NCBI GenBank assembly: GCA_023415605.1
Contig: JAEZKB010000052.1
Coordinates: 1-63,994 of the forward strand
Length of the DNA: 63,994 nucleotides
Direction: 5' to 3'
Origin: Pseudomonadota bacterium
Lineage (GTDB): Bacteria; Pseudomonadota; Alphaproteobacteria; Rhizobiales; Devosiaceae
Within the stretch, counting starts at the first letter, position 1. The number at the start of each line of letters is the position of its first letter. The position numbers and the translations under genes were made by a program. Positions 46,846 through 56,488 of the stretch are shown here, in pieces. Below the pieces are notes generated by a model, which had not been told where the DNA came from, made no database searches, and was given only the letters and a program-made list of their open reading frames with translations.

Positions 46846-47951
46846 ACATCGTCATTGTCGGGTTGAGCCTCTCGTCGTCATGGGGCAACGGCCACGCCAC
46901 TACCTATCGCAGTCTCATCCCCGGGCTTGTCGAACTCGGTCATCGCGTCCACTTCCTGGAACGCGATGTGCCCTGGTATGCCGGCAACCGCGATCTGCCT
47001 GAGCCCAGCTTTTGTCGGCTCGACTACTATACGGGTGTCGATGACCTCATCGGCCGCTTCGGCCTGGAGATTGCCGCAGCCGACGCGGTGATCGTCGGGT
47101 CCTACGTGCCCGAAGGTGTCGCCGTCATCGACGCCATCTCTGCGCTGGCGCCACAACACCTCAGCTTCTACGACATCGACACTCCGGTGACGCTCGCCAA
47201 GCTCAGCACGGGCGACGAAGACTATCTCGCCGCGCGGCAAATACCGCTGTTCGAGACCTACTTCTCCTTTTCCGGCGGACCGTCTCTGGATCGTCTGGAG
47301 ACCGAGTTCGCTGCACGGCACGCCGTGCCACTCTACTGCTCGGTCGACCCCGACCGCTACGCGCCGACCGGCGAGCCCATTGAGTGGGATCTCGGCTATC
47401 TCGGCACTTACAGCGTCGACCGCCAACCCACGCTACAACGCCTGCTGATCGAACCCGCCCGCCGCCTGCCCGAGAAGCGCTTCGTCGTCGCCGGCCCGAT
47501 GTACCCCGCCGACATCGTCTGGCCACCCAACGTCGAGCGCATCGAGCATCTGCCGCCGGCGCAGCATGCGTCCTTCTATAGCCGACAGCGCTTCACCCTC
47601 AATGTGACGCGCGCCGACATGATCGCCGCTGGCTGGTCCCCCAGCGTGCGCCTTTTCGAAGCTGCCGCCACCGGCACCCCGATCATCAGCGATATCTGGC
47701 CGGGTCTCACCGACCTGCTGCCGACGCCGTCTGCCATCTGTCTCGCCGCCACCAGCGACGATGTCGTCGCCGCCCTCAAAGACATCTCCGAGTCCGAGCG
47801 GCTCGGCATCGCCGACGCCGCTCGACACATTGTGCTCGCCGGCCATACCGGTCGCGCGCGGGCTCGCGAACTGATCACTGCTTTGCGCCATATCGCGCCG
47901 GCCAGGCCGACCCATCTCGTCACCCGCGTAGAAGAAAAGGCAATGCCATGA
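46842..47951 (+). CDS. CgeB-like glycosyltransferase 3
   Basis: SSWGNGHATTYR, YDIDTP, SVRLFEAA. Confidence 0.88.
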   Translation: MNIVIVGLSLSSSWGNGHATTYRSLIPGLVELGHRVHFLERDVPWYAGNRDLPEPSFCRLDYYTGVDDLIGRFGLEIAAADAVIVGSYVPEGVAVIDAISALAPQHLSFYDIDTPVTLAKLSTGDEDYLAARQIPLFETYFSFSGGPSLDRLETEFAARHAVPLYCSVDPDRYAPTGEPIEWDLGYLGTYSVDRQPTLQRLLIEPARRLPEKRFVVAGPMYPADIVWPPNVERIEHLPPAQHASFYSRQRFTLNVTRADMIAAGWSPSVRLFEAAATGTPIISDIWPGLTDLLPTPSAICLAATSDDVVAALKDISESERLGIADAARHIVLAGHTGRARARELITALRHIAPARPTHLVTRVEEKAMP

Positions 47952-48982
47952 ACAAGCAGTGGACAAGACGCGACATCCCGACCGCGCTGGTTGCTGGGGG
48001 GGCCGGCTTCGTCGGCTCTCACCTCTGCGACGAACTGCTGGCGCGTGGCTTCGCGGTGATCTGCGTCGACAGCCTGCTTACCGGGCGCACGAGCAATATC
48101 CGGCCGCTGGAAAACCATCCCCGCTTCAGCTTCATCGAACAGGATATCGTCGAGGTGCTGACCGTCGAGACCCGCCTCGACCGCGTCTACAATCTCGCTT
48201 GCCCGGCCTCGCCGCCGCACTACCAGGCCGACCCCGTCCACACCATGATGACCAGCGTCGTCGGCACGCGGAACCTGCTCGTCCTCGCCGAGGCCCATGG
48301 CGCGCGCTTCCTCCAGGCTTCGACCAGCGAGGTTTACGGTGACCCCGAACAGCACCCCCAGCGCGAGGATTATTGGGGCCACGTCAATCCAACCGGACCG
48401 CGCGCCTGTTACGACGAAGGCAAGCGCGCCGCTGAGAGTCTCTGCTTCGATCTCTGGCGCGCCGGCCGCGTAGATGCTCGCGTCGCCCGGATTTTCAACA
48501 CGTACGGTCCCCGCATGCGGGCGGACGACGGACGCATCGTCTCCAACCTCATCGTTCAGGCGCTGCATGGCGAGCCGCTCACCATCTATGGCAGCGGCGA
48601 GCAGACCCGCTCCTTCTGCTATGTCAGCGACCTCGTCGCTGGCCTGATCGCCCTGATGGAGCAGCCAGAGAATCCGGCCGGTCCGGTCAACCTTGGCAAC
48701 CCGGGCGAGTTCACCATTCTCGAACTCGCTCAGATGGTGACTGCTGCCACCGATACTGGTTCCGAAGTCGTCCACCACCCGCTCCCCGTGGATGATCCGC
48801 AGCGCCGCAGGCCCGATATCTCGCGCGCCAAGACTCTGCTCGGCTGGGAGCCGCTCGTCCCGCTCGCCGAGGGGCTGCAGCAGACCATCGAGTACTTTGC
48901 CGGCGATGTTCGCAATGACGAAAACGCGCCCTGGATCGCCGCATCGACAACCGGCGTCGACGCTCCGGAGGCACTCCGCTGA
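47948..48982 (+). CDS. UDP-glucuronate decarboxylase (UDP-xylose synthase family)
   Basis: GGAGFVG, LACPASP, ASTSEVYGDP, CYDEGKR, RIFNTYGP, TRSFCY, DDPQRRRPDI. Confidence 0.95.
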   Translation: MNKQWTRRDIPTALVAGGAGFVGSHLCDELLARGFAVICVDSLLTGRTSNIRPLENHPRFSFIEQDIVEVLTVETRLDRVYNLACPASPPHYQADPVHTMMTSVVGTRNLLVLAEAHGARFLQASTSEVYGDPEQHPQREDYWGHVNPTGPRACYDEGKRAAESLCFDLWRAGRVDARVARIFNTYGPRMRADDGRIVSNLIVQALHGEPLTIYGSGEQTRSFCYVSDLVAGLIALMEQPENPAGPVNLGNPGEFTILELAQMVTAATDTGSEVVHHPLPVDDPQRRRPDISRAKTLLGWEPLVPLAEGLQQTIEYFAGDVRNDENAPWIAASTTGVDAPEALR

Positions 48983-49009
48983 TGCATCCAGAATTCGTCG
49001 CCGCAGCCC

Positions 49010-49034
49010 GGAACTGGGCACGAGGGACTAGGTT
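49010..49034 (+). promoter_or_regulatory. EcfG-type promoter
   Basis: GGAAC-N16-GGTT. Confidence 0.75.
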
Positions 49035-49070
49035 GAGATTGGTCACCTGCTTCCGCGTGCCAGCCTCAAG

Positions 49071-49337
49071 ATGTTTTACACCGCGCCGCGACCGCCGAAC
49101 CTCAAGAACCTGGGGCTACCCTGGAAAGCGGAAGAGCTTCGACGTCTCCAAGAGCTCGTCGGTGCCGGCCTCCCTGCATCCTCGATCGCTCGCATCATGG
49201 AACGCTCGACCGTCGCGATCCGCGCCAAGACGTCGACGCTTGGGCTTAGTCTGCGGCGCGGCCGCCGGCTTACGGGCGGACAGTCCGTCCCGCCCGCCGC
49301 TCAAGATGCCTCTGGTGGCCAGCAGACGCCGTCATGA
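49071..49337 (+). CDS. Small HTH protein (GcrA-N/Myb-like)
   Basis: PWKAEELRRLQEL..GLPASSIARIMERSTVAIRAK..LGL; ATGA overlap with next gene. Confidence 0.65.
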   Translation: MFYTAPRPPNLKNLGLPWKAEELRRLQELVGAGLPASSIARIMERSTVAIRAKTSTLGLSLRRGRRLTGGQSVPPAAQDASGGQQTPS

Positions 49338-50386
49338 TCATGGCTGAGCGCGCTTCGATCGGCATCCTCACCTTCCACCGTTGCATCAACTATGGCTCCT
49401 ACTGGCAAGCCCGCTGTCTGGTAGAGGGAGTACGCGCGCTGGGTCATGAGGCGGTGCTGATGGATCACCGCTCAGCCAAGATCGACCGCGCCGAATGGCG
49501 TTGCGCATTGCAGCCGGTCCTCACTGAAACACAGGACCGCGAAGCCTATGCGCGAAAAACCCGCAGCTTCTTCGATCTCTTCGACGCCCTGCCGCTGTCT
49601 GTACCGTTCCCGCTCGATGACCCCGGCCAGGCAGACAACCACGATCTCGTGCTCGTCGGCAGCGACGAAGTCTGGAACCTCCGCCACCCCTGGTATGGCG
49701 GCAAGCCGATCTTCTACGGCCACGGTCTCAGTGCTCGCCGCCTCGCTTCCTATGCGGCGAGCTTTGGCAACCAGAGCGCCGGTTTGCCTCCCGAGTGGGG
49801 CAATCAGTTGAACGTCTTTGATGCGGTCGCCGTGCGCGATGACAACTCCCGCCAGATCGTCAGCGACGCCATCGAGCGCGAACCTCAACTAGTCCTCGAC
49901 CCGTGCCTGCAGTTCCCCGAGCAGATCGAAGCGCCGCTCGTCCCGATGGACGCGCCTTATGTAGCTGTCTACGGCCATGGCTTCCCTGACTGGTACGCAA
50001 ACAAAATCCGCGGCTGGGCCAAAGACCGGGGTCTCACGCTCGTCAGCATTGGCTACCGCAACGACTGGGCTGACCGGCAGTGGATTGATGCCAACCCGCA
50101 GCAGTTCGCCGGCCTCATTGCCGGCAGCGCCGCGGTCGCGACCAACTTCTTCCACGGCTGCGTCTTTTCGCTGCTCAACCACAAGCCCTTCGTCTGCGCG
50201 CCCTCCGATTATCGCAACAATAAGGTCCGCGATCTCCTGAACCTGGTCGGCGAGAGCAACCGCCTTCTCTCACCAGCCGATCTCGTGGAGGAACTGCTGC
50301 AGCAGACCCCCGCGCGGGAAACCTACGCGACCATCGACACGCTGCGCCGGACCTCCGCGCGGTACCTTGATCATGTCCTTCACTGA
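49334..50386 (+). CDS. Polysaccharide pyruvyltransferase family protein
   Basis: GILTFH..NYGS, VGSDEVWN, SYAASFG, AVRD, VLDP, TNFFHG. Confidence 0.9.
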   Translation: MIMAERASIGILTFHRCINYGSYWQARCLVEGVRALGHEAVLMDHRSAKIDRAEWRCALQPVLTETQDREAYARKTRSFFDLFDALPLSVPFPLDDPGQADNHDLVLVGSDEVWNLRHPWYGGKPIFYGHGLSARRLASYAASFGNQSAGLPPEWGNQLNVFDAVAVRDDNSRQIVSDAIEREPQLVLDPCLQFPEQIEAPLVPMDAPYVAVYGHGFPDWYANKIRGWAKDRGLTLVSIGYRNDWADRQWIDANPQQFAGLIAGSAAVATNFFHGCVFSLLNHKPFVCAPSDYRNNKVRDLLNLVGESNRLLSPADLVEELLQQTPARETYATIDTLRRTSARYLDHVLH

Positions 50387-51785
50387 GGCGGCCATCACAC
50401 CAAAACATATGGTGCGCTCCGGCCTCTGCATCGGCTGCGGCGCCTGCGCTTCCGTCGACCCAGGCCTCGACATGCAGCTCGATCGCTACGGCCAGTTTCA
50501 CCCGGCCGGCATGGCGAGTGCACCTATCGCGCGCCTCTGCCCCTTCTCGCCCGTCGCCAGCAACGAAGACCAGATCGGTGCCGCACTCTTTCCGGCTGCA
50601 ACACATGTCGACAACCGTATCTGCCGCTACGAAGCCGCTTACTTTGGCTACGCCGCCGACTCCGGCTTCCGCGACGAAGGCAGCTCCGGCGGCCTTACCA
50701 ACTGGATGGCCTGCGAACTCCTTCGTCTCGACATGGTCGACGGCGTCGTCCATGTCGGCCCCGGCCGCACCGACCGCGGCGAGCCGCTCTTCGGCTATCG
50801 TATCTCTCGCACCGCAGAACAGGTACGCGCCCGCGCCAAGTCGCGCTACTTCCCCGTGGAACTCTCCCAAGTGCTCGAGGAAATCCGCGCCACCCCCGGC
50901 CGCTACGCCGTCGTAGGCATCCCTTGCTTCATCAAAGCTGTGCACCTATTGCGCGCCAGCGACCCGACCTTCGCCGAGCGCATCGTGTACACGCTCGGCC
51001 TCTTCTGCGGGCACATGAAGAGCGCCGGCTTCGCCGCCAGTCTCGCCGGCCAGCTCGGTTACGAGCTCGGCGAGGTCTCTCATTTCGAGTTCCGGCGCAA
51101 GGATGCCTCGCGCCCAGCCAACTGGTACCGCGCCGAAGCCGAGGGGCCCGGCGGCGAAACCCGCGCCGAAGACTGGTGGCACATGGTGGACGGTGACTGG
51201 GGCGCCGGCTTTTTCCAGAACGCCGCCTGTGACTACTGCGACGATGTCGTTGCCGAGCTGGCCGACATCTCCTTCGGAGACGCCTGGATCGATCCCTACC
51301 AGGCAGATGGCCGCGGCACCAACGTGATGATCGTCCGAAATAAAGTCCTCCAGCAGCTCGTCGTGCAGGCGCGGGCCGAAGCTCGCATCGTCCTCGATGA
51401 TACCGATGCCGACGGAGTCGTCGCGACCCAGGCCGCTGGGTTTCGCCAACGGCGCGAAGGCCTCGCCTACCGCCTCGCCAGCCGCGGCCATCGAGGCATC
51501 ATCCCCATCAAGCGCGTCGTCCCCCGCACCACAGGCATCTCGCTGCGCCGCAAGGCTATCTATAACATGCGCCAGGGGATCAGCCGCTGGAGCCATCGCG
51601 TCTTCTGGCTCGGTAAACGGATCAACGCGTTAGGCCTCTACCGCGGCTGGGCCAACGTCTCGCTTCGGCTCTATCAGGCCCTTGCTTACTCCCGCGGCCC
51701 GGTTGGCAATCTCCTCGATCGCCTCCTCGGCCCTGACACCAAGAAGGCAGAGATAGCGACCACACGCAGGCCGACAGCAAGCTGA
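50373..51785 (+). CDS. FrhB/FdhB-like (F420 hydrogenase beta) Fe-S flavoprotein
   Basis: CIGCGAC, LCPF, SSGG, SRY, VGIPC, GLFCGH, CDYCDD, ADISFGDAW. Confidence 0.9.
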   Translation: MSFTEAAITPKHMVRSGLCIGCGACASVDPGLDMQLDRYGQFHPAGMASAPIARLCPFSPVASNEDQIGAALFPAATHVDNRICRYEAAYFGYAADSGFRDEGSSGGLTNWMACELLRLDMVDGVVHVGPGRTDRGEPLFGYRISRTAEQVRARAKSRYFPVELSQVLEEIRATPGRYAVVGIPCFIKAVHLLRASDPTFAERIVYTLGLFCGHMKSAGFAASLAGQLGYELGEVSHFEFRRKDASRPANWYRAEAEGPGGETRAEDWWHMVDGDWGAGFFQNAACDYCDDVVAELADISFGDAWIDPYQADGRGTNVMIVRNKVLQQLVVQARAEARIVLDDTDADGVVATQAAGFRQRREGLAYRLASRGHRGIIPIKRVVPRTTGISLRRKAIYNMRQGISRWSHRVFWLGKRINALGLYRGWANVSLRLYQALAYSRGPVGNLLDRLLGPDTKKAEIATTRRPTAS

Positions 51786-51786
51786 C

Positions 51787-52569
51787 ATGGACTCGAATTT
51801 CTTCGTCTTCGCCCTCATGGCGCTGGGCGCCGCTGCAGCCTCCCCGCTTGGCGGCGGACTGTCTCTCCTGATCAAACCATCGAGCTTGATCCTCTCCCTC
51901 GCGGTCGGCTTCGCCAGTGGTGTGCTCCTGGGTGCCGTGTCTTTCGAAATGGTGCCCAAGGCCCTCGAACTTACCGACCCGCTCCTCGTCTACGGCGCCA
52001 TCTGCGTCGGCGCGTTGCTGGTCTGGGGTTTCGATCTCTACATCAACCGCGGTTTCACGGCGGGTGAGAAGGCCGACCAACAGCGCCGCGTCCGCAGGTT
52101 CCACCGGAGACATAAGCCACGCGGCAGCAAGGTGGCCGTAATCGCCGGCGCCACCGCCGCCGAAGAGGTGATCGAGGGCATCATCATCGGCGTTTCGGCA
52201 GCCGTCAGTGGCGGCACCGGTCTCGTTGTCGCTTTGGCCATCGCGGTCGACAATATCTCCGAAGCGCTCAGCATCGGCGAATTGGCGCGCAAGGAGGACG
52301 TTGGCAGCGGCGGGCGACGCGAGGTCATGTTCTGGACCGGCCTTATTGGCCTCTCGCTCGCCGTCTCCGCCTTTGCCGGCTACCTGCTCCTGCGTGGCAT
52401 TGCGCCCGAATGGCAAGGCCTGCTCACGGCTATTGGTGCCGGTGCCATGTTTTACGTCGCCACCGGCGATCTCGTGCCCGAAGCCGAAGAGAACCAGTTC
52501 CAGCAGTCCGGCGCTCTCGCCACCGGCGCCGGCTTCGTCACCATGCTGGTGATTTCGCAGTTGAGCTAA
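51787..52569 (+). CDS. ZIP-family metal transporter
   Basis: GFASGVLL, DNISEALSIG, AGAMFYV..DLVPEA; HRRH loop. Confidence 0.88.
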   Translation: MDSNFFVFALMALGAAAASPLGGGLSLLIKPSSLILSLAVGFASGVLLGAVSFEMVPKALELTDPLLVYGAICVGALLVWGFDLYINRGFTAGEKADQQRRVRRFHRRHKPRGSKVAVIAGATAAEEVIEGIIIGVSAAVSGGTGLVVALAIAVDNISEALSIGELARKEDVGSGGRREVMFWTGLIGLSLAVSAFAGYLLLRGIAPEWQGLLTAIGAGAMFYVATGDLVPEAEENQFQQSGALATGAGFVTMLVISQLS

Positions 52570-52572
52570 GAG

Positions 52573-52593
52573 GGCCGGGCTTCCTGCCCGGCC
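52573..52593. terminator. Hairpin between convergent genes
   Basis: GGCCGGGC-ttcct-GCCCGGCC. Confidence 0.55.
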
Positions 52594-52598
52594 GTTGG

Positions 52599-52942
52599 TT
52601 ATGCCTTCCGCGGCAAGCTCAAGGCAGGCACCGCCACATAGATGATGCCTGCCACGATCAGCAGGACCGACCCGGGCCATTTTCCGACGTCAGCGATGCC
52701 GTCAGGAGCATCGCCAAACCCATGGCGACATCGAGCAATAAATGGACCCGGTAAGGCAGCAGCTTCGCGATGGACAATCTATAGTCCGTGATCAGGCTCG
52801 ATGCGATCGTCGCCGCACCCACGACCTGCAGGACCATCGTCGCCGTGCTGGACGGCAGCCCGAGCACCCAAGGAACCAGCAGCAGGCCGATGCCCGCGAG
52901 ATAGTCGATAATACCATGAATGGTTGCCGGGATGATCGGCAT
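52599..52942 (-). pseudogene. SPW-repeat membrane protein, apparently frameshifted
   Basis: HGIIDY..VPWVLG..ITDY..HLLLD stops at 52658; last TM helix (SVLLIVAGIIYVAV..KA*) lies in another frame ending 52599. Confidence 0.6.
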
Positions 52943-52947
52943 GTTGA

Positions 52948-53196
52948 CTAGGCGCGCTTGCGCTTGGCGTTGGCTGAGCGAGCCACCCTGCCGCTGCCAC
53001 CACCGCCGATGGCATCTACGCCGGTCGCCGGCGAATTGCCGGGCACTGTCCCGCCCGACGGCGTGGTAGGCCCCTCGGAACTGCCCCGCTGCCGCAGCTC
53101 GTCACTGGCCATCTGCCAGTGCTGCTCGTGTCGTCCGTCCGGCCGGCCCTCCTGTTCCCAGATCTCGAATGCCCGCTCGCGGATTTGGTCGTCCAT
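52948..53196 (-). CDS. DUF2934 protein
   Basis: IRERAFEIWEQEGRPDGRHEQHWQMA. Confidence 0.9.
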   Translation of the reverse strand: MDDQIRERAFEIWEQEGRPDGRHEQHWQMASDELRQRGSSEGPTTPSGGTVPGNSPATGVDAIGGGGSGRVARSANAKRKRA

Positions 53197-53238
53197 CGCT
53201 ATGTCCCCGTTGCGCTGCCACATGGCAGGTGACGGGCG

Positions 53239-53263
53239 AACTTAGCTGGGCGTCCCTAGTTCC
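53239..53263 (-). promoter_or_regulatory. EcfG-type promoter for the DUF2934 gene
   Basis: GGAAC-N16-AGTT. Confidence 0.75.
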
Positions 53264-53285
53264 CAGGCAAGATCCTCGTCGTGGA

Positions 53286-53552
53286 TCAGTGCAGGGCCCG
53301 TCGCATGGCGGTGAGATCGGTCGGCCGGATCAGGCGCGCATGCGCCACCGTCACCGAGTGAATCGGCCCCTCTATCTTTTCTTCCCAGAAGGCGAGAAAA
53401 GCTCCCAGCACCGGGAAGTGCGGGAAGGTATCGTAACGCTGCCAGATGAAGTCCTGGAACAGGTCGCGGTGGTCGGGCATCCGGTAGGTGATCTGCGCGG
53501 TGGTGAGGCCATAGCCTTCGTTGGCACTCGCATCATCGAGCCATGACGGCAT
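53286..53552 (-). CDS. usg: Usg-family protein
   Basis: GYGLTTAQITYRMPDH, FIWQRYD, FWEEKIEGPIHSV; AAGGAG RBS. Confidence 0.9.
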   Translation of the reverse strand: MPSWLDDASANEGYGLTTAQITYRMPDHRDLFQDFIWQRYDTFPHFPVLGAFLAFWEEKIEGPIHSVTVAHARLIRPTDLTAMRRALH

Positions 53553-53582
53553 TGCAAGCTCCTTGGGTTGCTGTTTGGTCGC

Positions 53583-53608
53583 AACGCCCCCGAGCCTGAT
53601 CCTGTTCC
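53583..53608 (-). promoter_or_regulatory. EcfG-type promoter for usg
   Basis: GGAAC-N17-CGTT. Confidence 0.75.
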
Positions 53609-53669
53609 GCAGCGTTTTCAAGGGGCTAGAGAAGGTTCCCGGCCACGCAAAAAATCTTCGGCTCCCCTA

Positions 53670-53697
53670 TTGAAGCCGAAAATGGCCGCTCCTAGCT
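53670..53697 (+). promoter_or_regulatory. RpoH-type promoter for groESL
   Basis: TTGAA-N16-CCTAGCT. Confidence 0.6.
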
Positions 53698-53766
53698 CAT
53701 TTTTGCCCGGGCGCGCTGACGCCCGGCACTCTCAACATCGTTGTTCTGTCCAATGGAGGAAGCTTC

Positions 53767-54081
53767 ATGAAGTTCCGTCCTTTGCACGACCGGGTGGTGG
53801 TCAAGCGCATCGACGCGGAGCAGAAGTCGCCGGGGGGCATCATCATCCCCGACACCGCTAAGGAGAAGCCGCAGGAAGGCGAAGTCGTCGCCGTCGGCCC
53901 TGGGGCCCGCAACGAACGCGGCGAATTGATCGCGATCGAGCTCAAGCCCGGCGATCGCGTGCTGTTCGGTAAGTGGAGCGGCACCGAGGTCAAGCTCGAC
54001 GGCCAGGAGCTGCTCATCATGAAGGAAAGCGACATCATGGGCGTCATCGAGCCCGTCGCTGAAGTCAAGAAGGCCGCCTGA
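53767..54081 (+). CDS. groES: Co-chaperonin GroES
   Basis: [30 protein letters not shown]. Confidence 0.99.
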   Translation: MKFRPLHDRVVVKRIDAEQKSPGGIIIPDTAKEKPQEGEVVAVGPGARNERGELIAIELKPGDRVLFGKWSGTEVKLDGQELLIMKESDIMGVIEPVAEVKKAA

Positions 54082-54127
54082 GGCCTTCGTTCACCCAGAG
54101 TCAATCTCGTTACGTCTCAAGGAGTGA

Positions 54128-55762
<1,635 letters not shown>

Positions 55763-55775
55763 TATCGCGATCTGC

Positions 55776-55802
55776 AGGGGGCCGGTCCGCCGGCCCCCTT
55801 TT
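55776..55802 (+). terminator. Intrinsic terminator of groEL
   Basis: AGGGGGCCGG-tccg-CCGGCCCCCT then TTT. Confidence 0.9.
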
Positions 55803-55818
55803 CATCTAGGTCGCAGGC

Positions 55819-56127
55819 TTAGAGGACTGTGACCTGATAGAGCCGCGCTAGAATGCGCTCCTGCTCCAGCTCGACTTCGAGCGCCTCGCGATAACGATGC
55901 CACCAGGCAGTGTCGACATCGCTCACCATGACTTCGAAGATCGCGACCTGATCGTGCACGACATTCCCCGTGCTCGGCTTCCACGCGCCATCGGCGGGAG
56001 ATCGCAGGAAAGCGGTGACGCCGCCGAAACGATCCGTCAGCTCCGCCTTGATCCGGTCGAAGGTCTCGGCCGGCACCGGCGCGCCGCTCGAAGTTTGCAG
56101 CGGCAGAAACAGCTCGACGACGAACAT
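55819..56127 (-). CDS. Hypothetical protein (possible PII/DUF3574-like fold)
   Basis: ELFLPL..ELTDRFGGVT..ADGAW..LEQERI. Confidence 0.75.
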   Translation of the reverse strand: MFVVELFLPLQTSSGAPVPAETFDRIKAELTDRFGGVTAFLRSPADGAWKPSTGNVVHDQVAIFEVMVSDVDTAWWHRYREALEVELEQERILARLYQVTVL

Positions 56128-56165
56128 GGGGCTCCCGCCTCTCGAAGGTGAACGGGTGAATCAAA

Positions 56166-56231
56166 CGACAGCGGGCAGGCTCCTCCCAGTGACCTGCCCG
56201 CCGGACCCTGCGAAGGGTCTCACAAGCCGTC
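56166..56231 (+). ncRNA. Candidate structured RNA with CUCCUCCC loop
   Basis: GCGGGCAGG-ctcctcccagtga-CCTGCCCGC then GACCCT-GCGA-AGGGTC (GNRA loop). Confidence 0.45.
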
Positions 56232-56294
56232 AGCTAGCCCCGTCTGCCCGCAACCCTCACTAACATAGGTTAACCGGGCATCTGAGCAGCTTCG

Positions 56295-56319
56295 GCAACC
56301 GCCCCACAGCAGTGACGTT
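56295..56319 (+). promoter_or_regulatory. EcfG-type promoter
   Basis: GCAAC-N16-CGTT upstream of the 24-aa ORF. Confidence 0.65.
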
Positions 56320-56342
56320 GCTCACTCAAAGGAGTCCGAGCC

Positions 56343-56417
56343 ATGCACTGGACCTTCTGGCTACCCACCACCGTCGCTGTCGCCGCCTTGGTCGCGCTGG
56401 TCAGCGCCATCGCCTGA
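56343..56417 (+). CDS. 24-aa single-helix small protein (not in ORF track)
   Basis: AAAGGAG RBS; MHWTFWLPTTVAVAALVALVSAIA; promoter before, hairpin after. Confidence 0.65.
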   Translation: MHWTFWLPTTVAVAALVALVSAIA

Positions 56418-56426
56418 ACCCGCCCC

Positions 56427-56465
56427 AAAACTGAACCGGCGACGCTCTCGCGCCGCCGGTCAAAA
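56427..56465. terminator. Terminator hairpin between convergent genes
   Basis: ACCGGCG..CGCCGGT stem; minus strand is followed by TCAGTTTT. Confidence 0.6.
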
Positions 56466-56488
56466 CACTGACACCAGTGAAGTGCGAA

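Noticed and set aside
53521..53547. TTGGCACTC as a CIRCE element
   Set aside because: Inside the usg coding region, right arm absent at N9, far from the groES promoter
53613..53639. Second GGAAC upstream of usg
   Set aside because: No GTT at the required spacing
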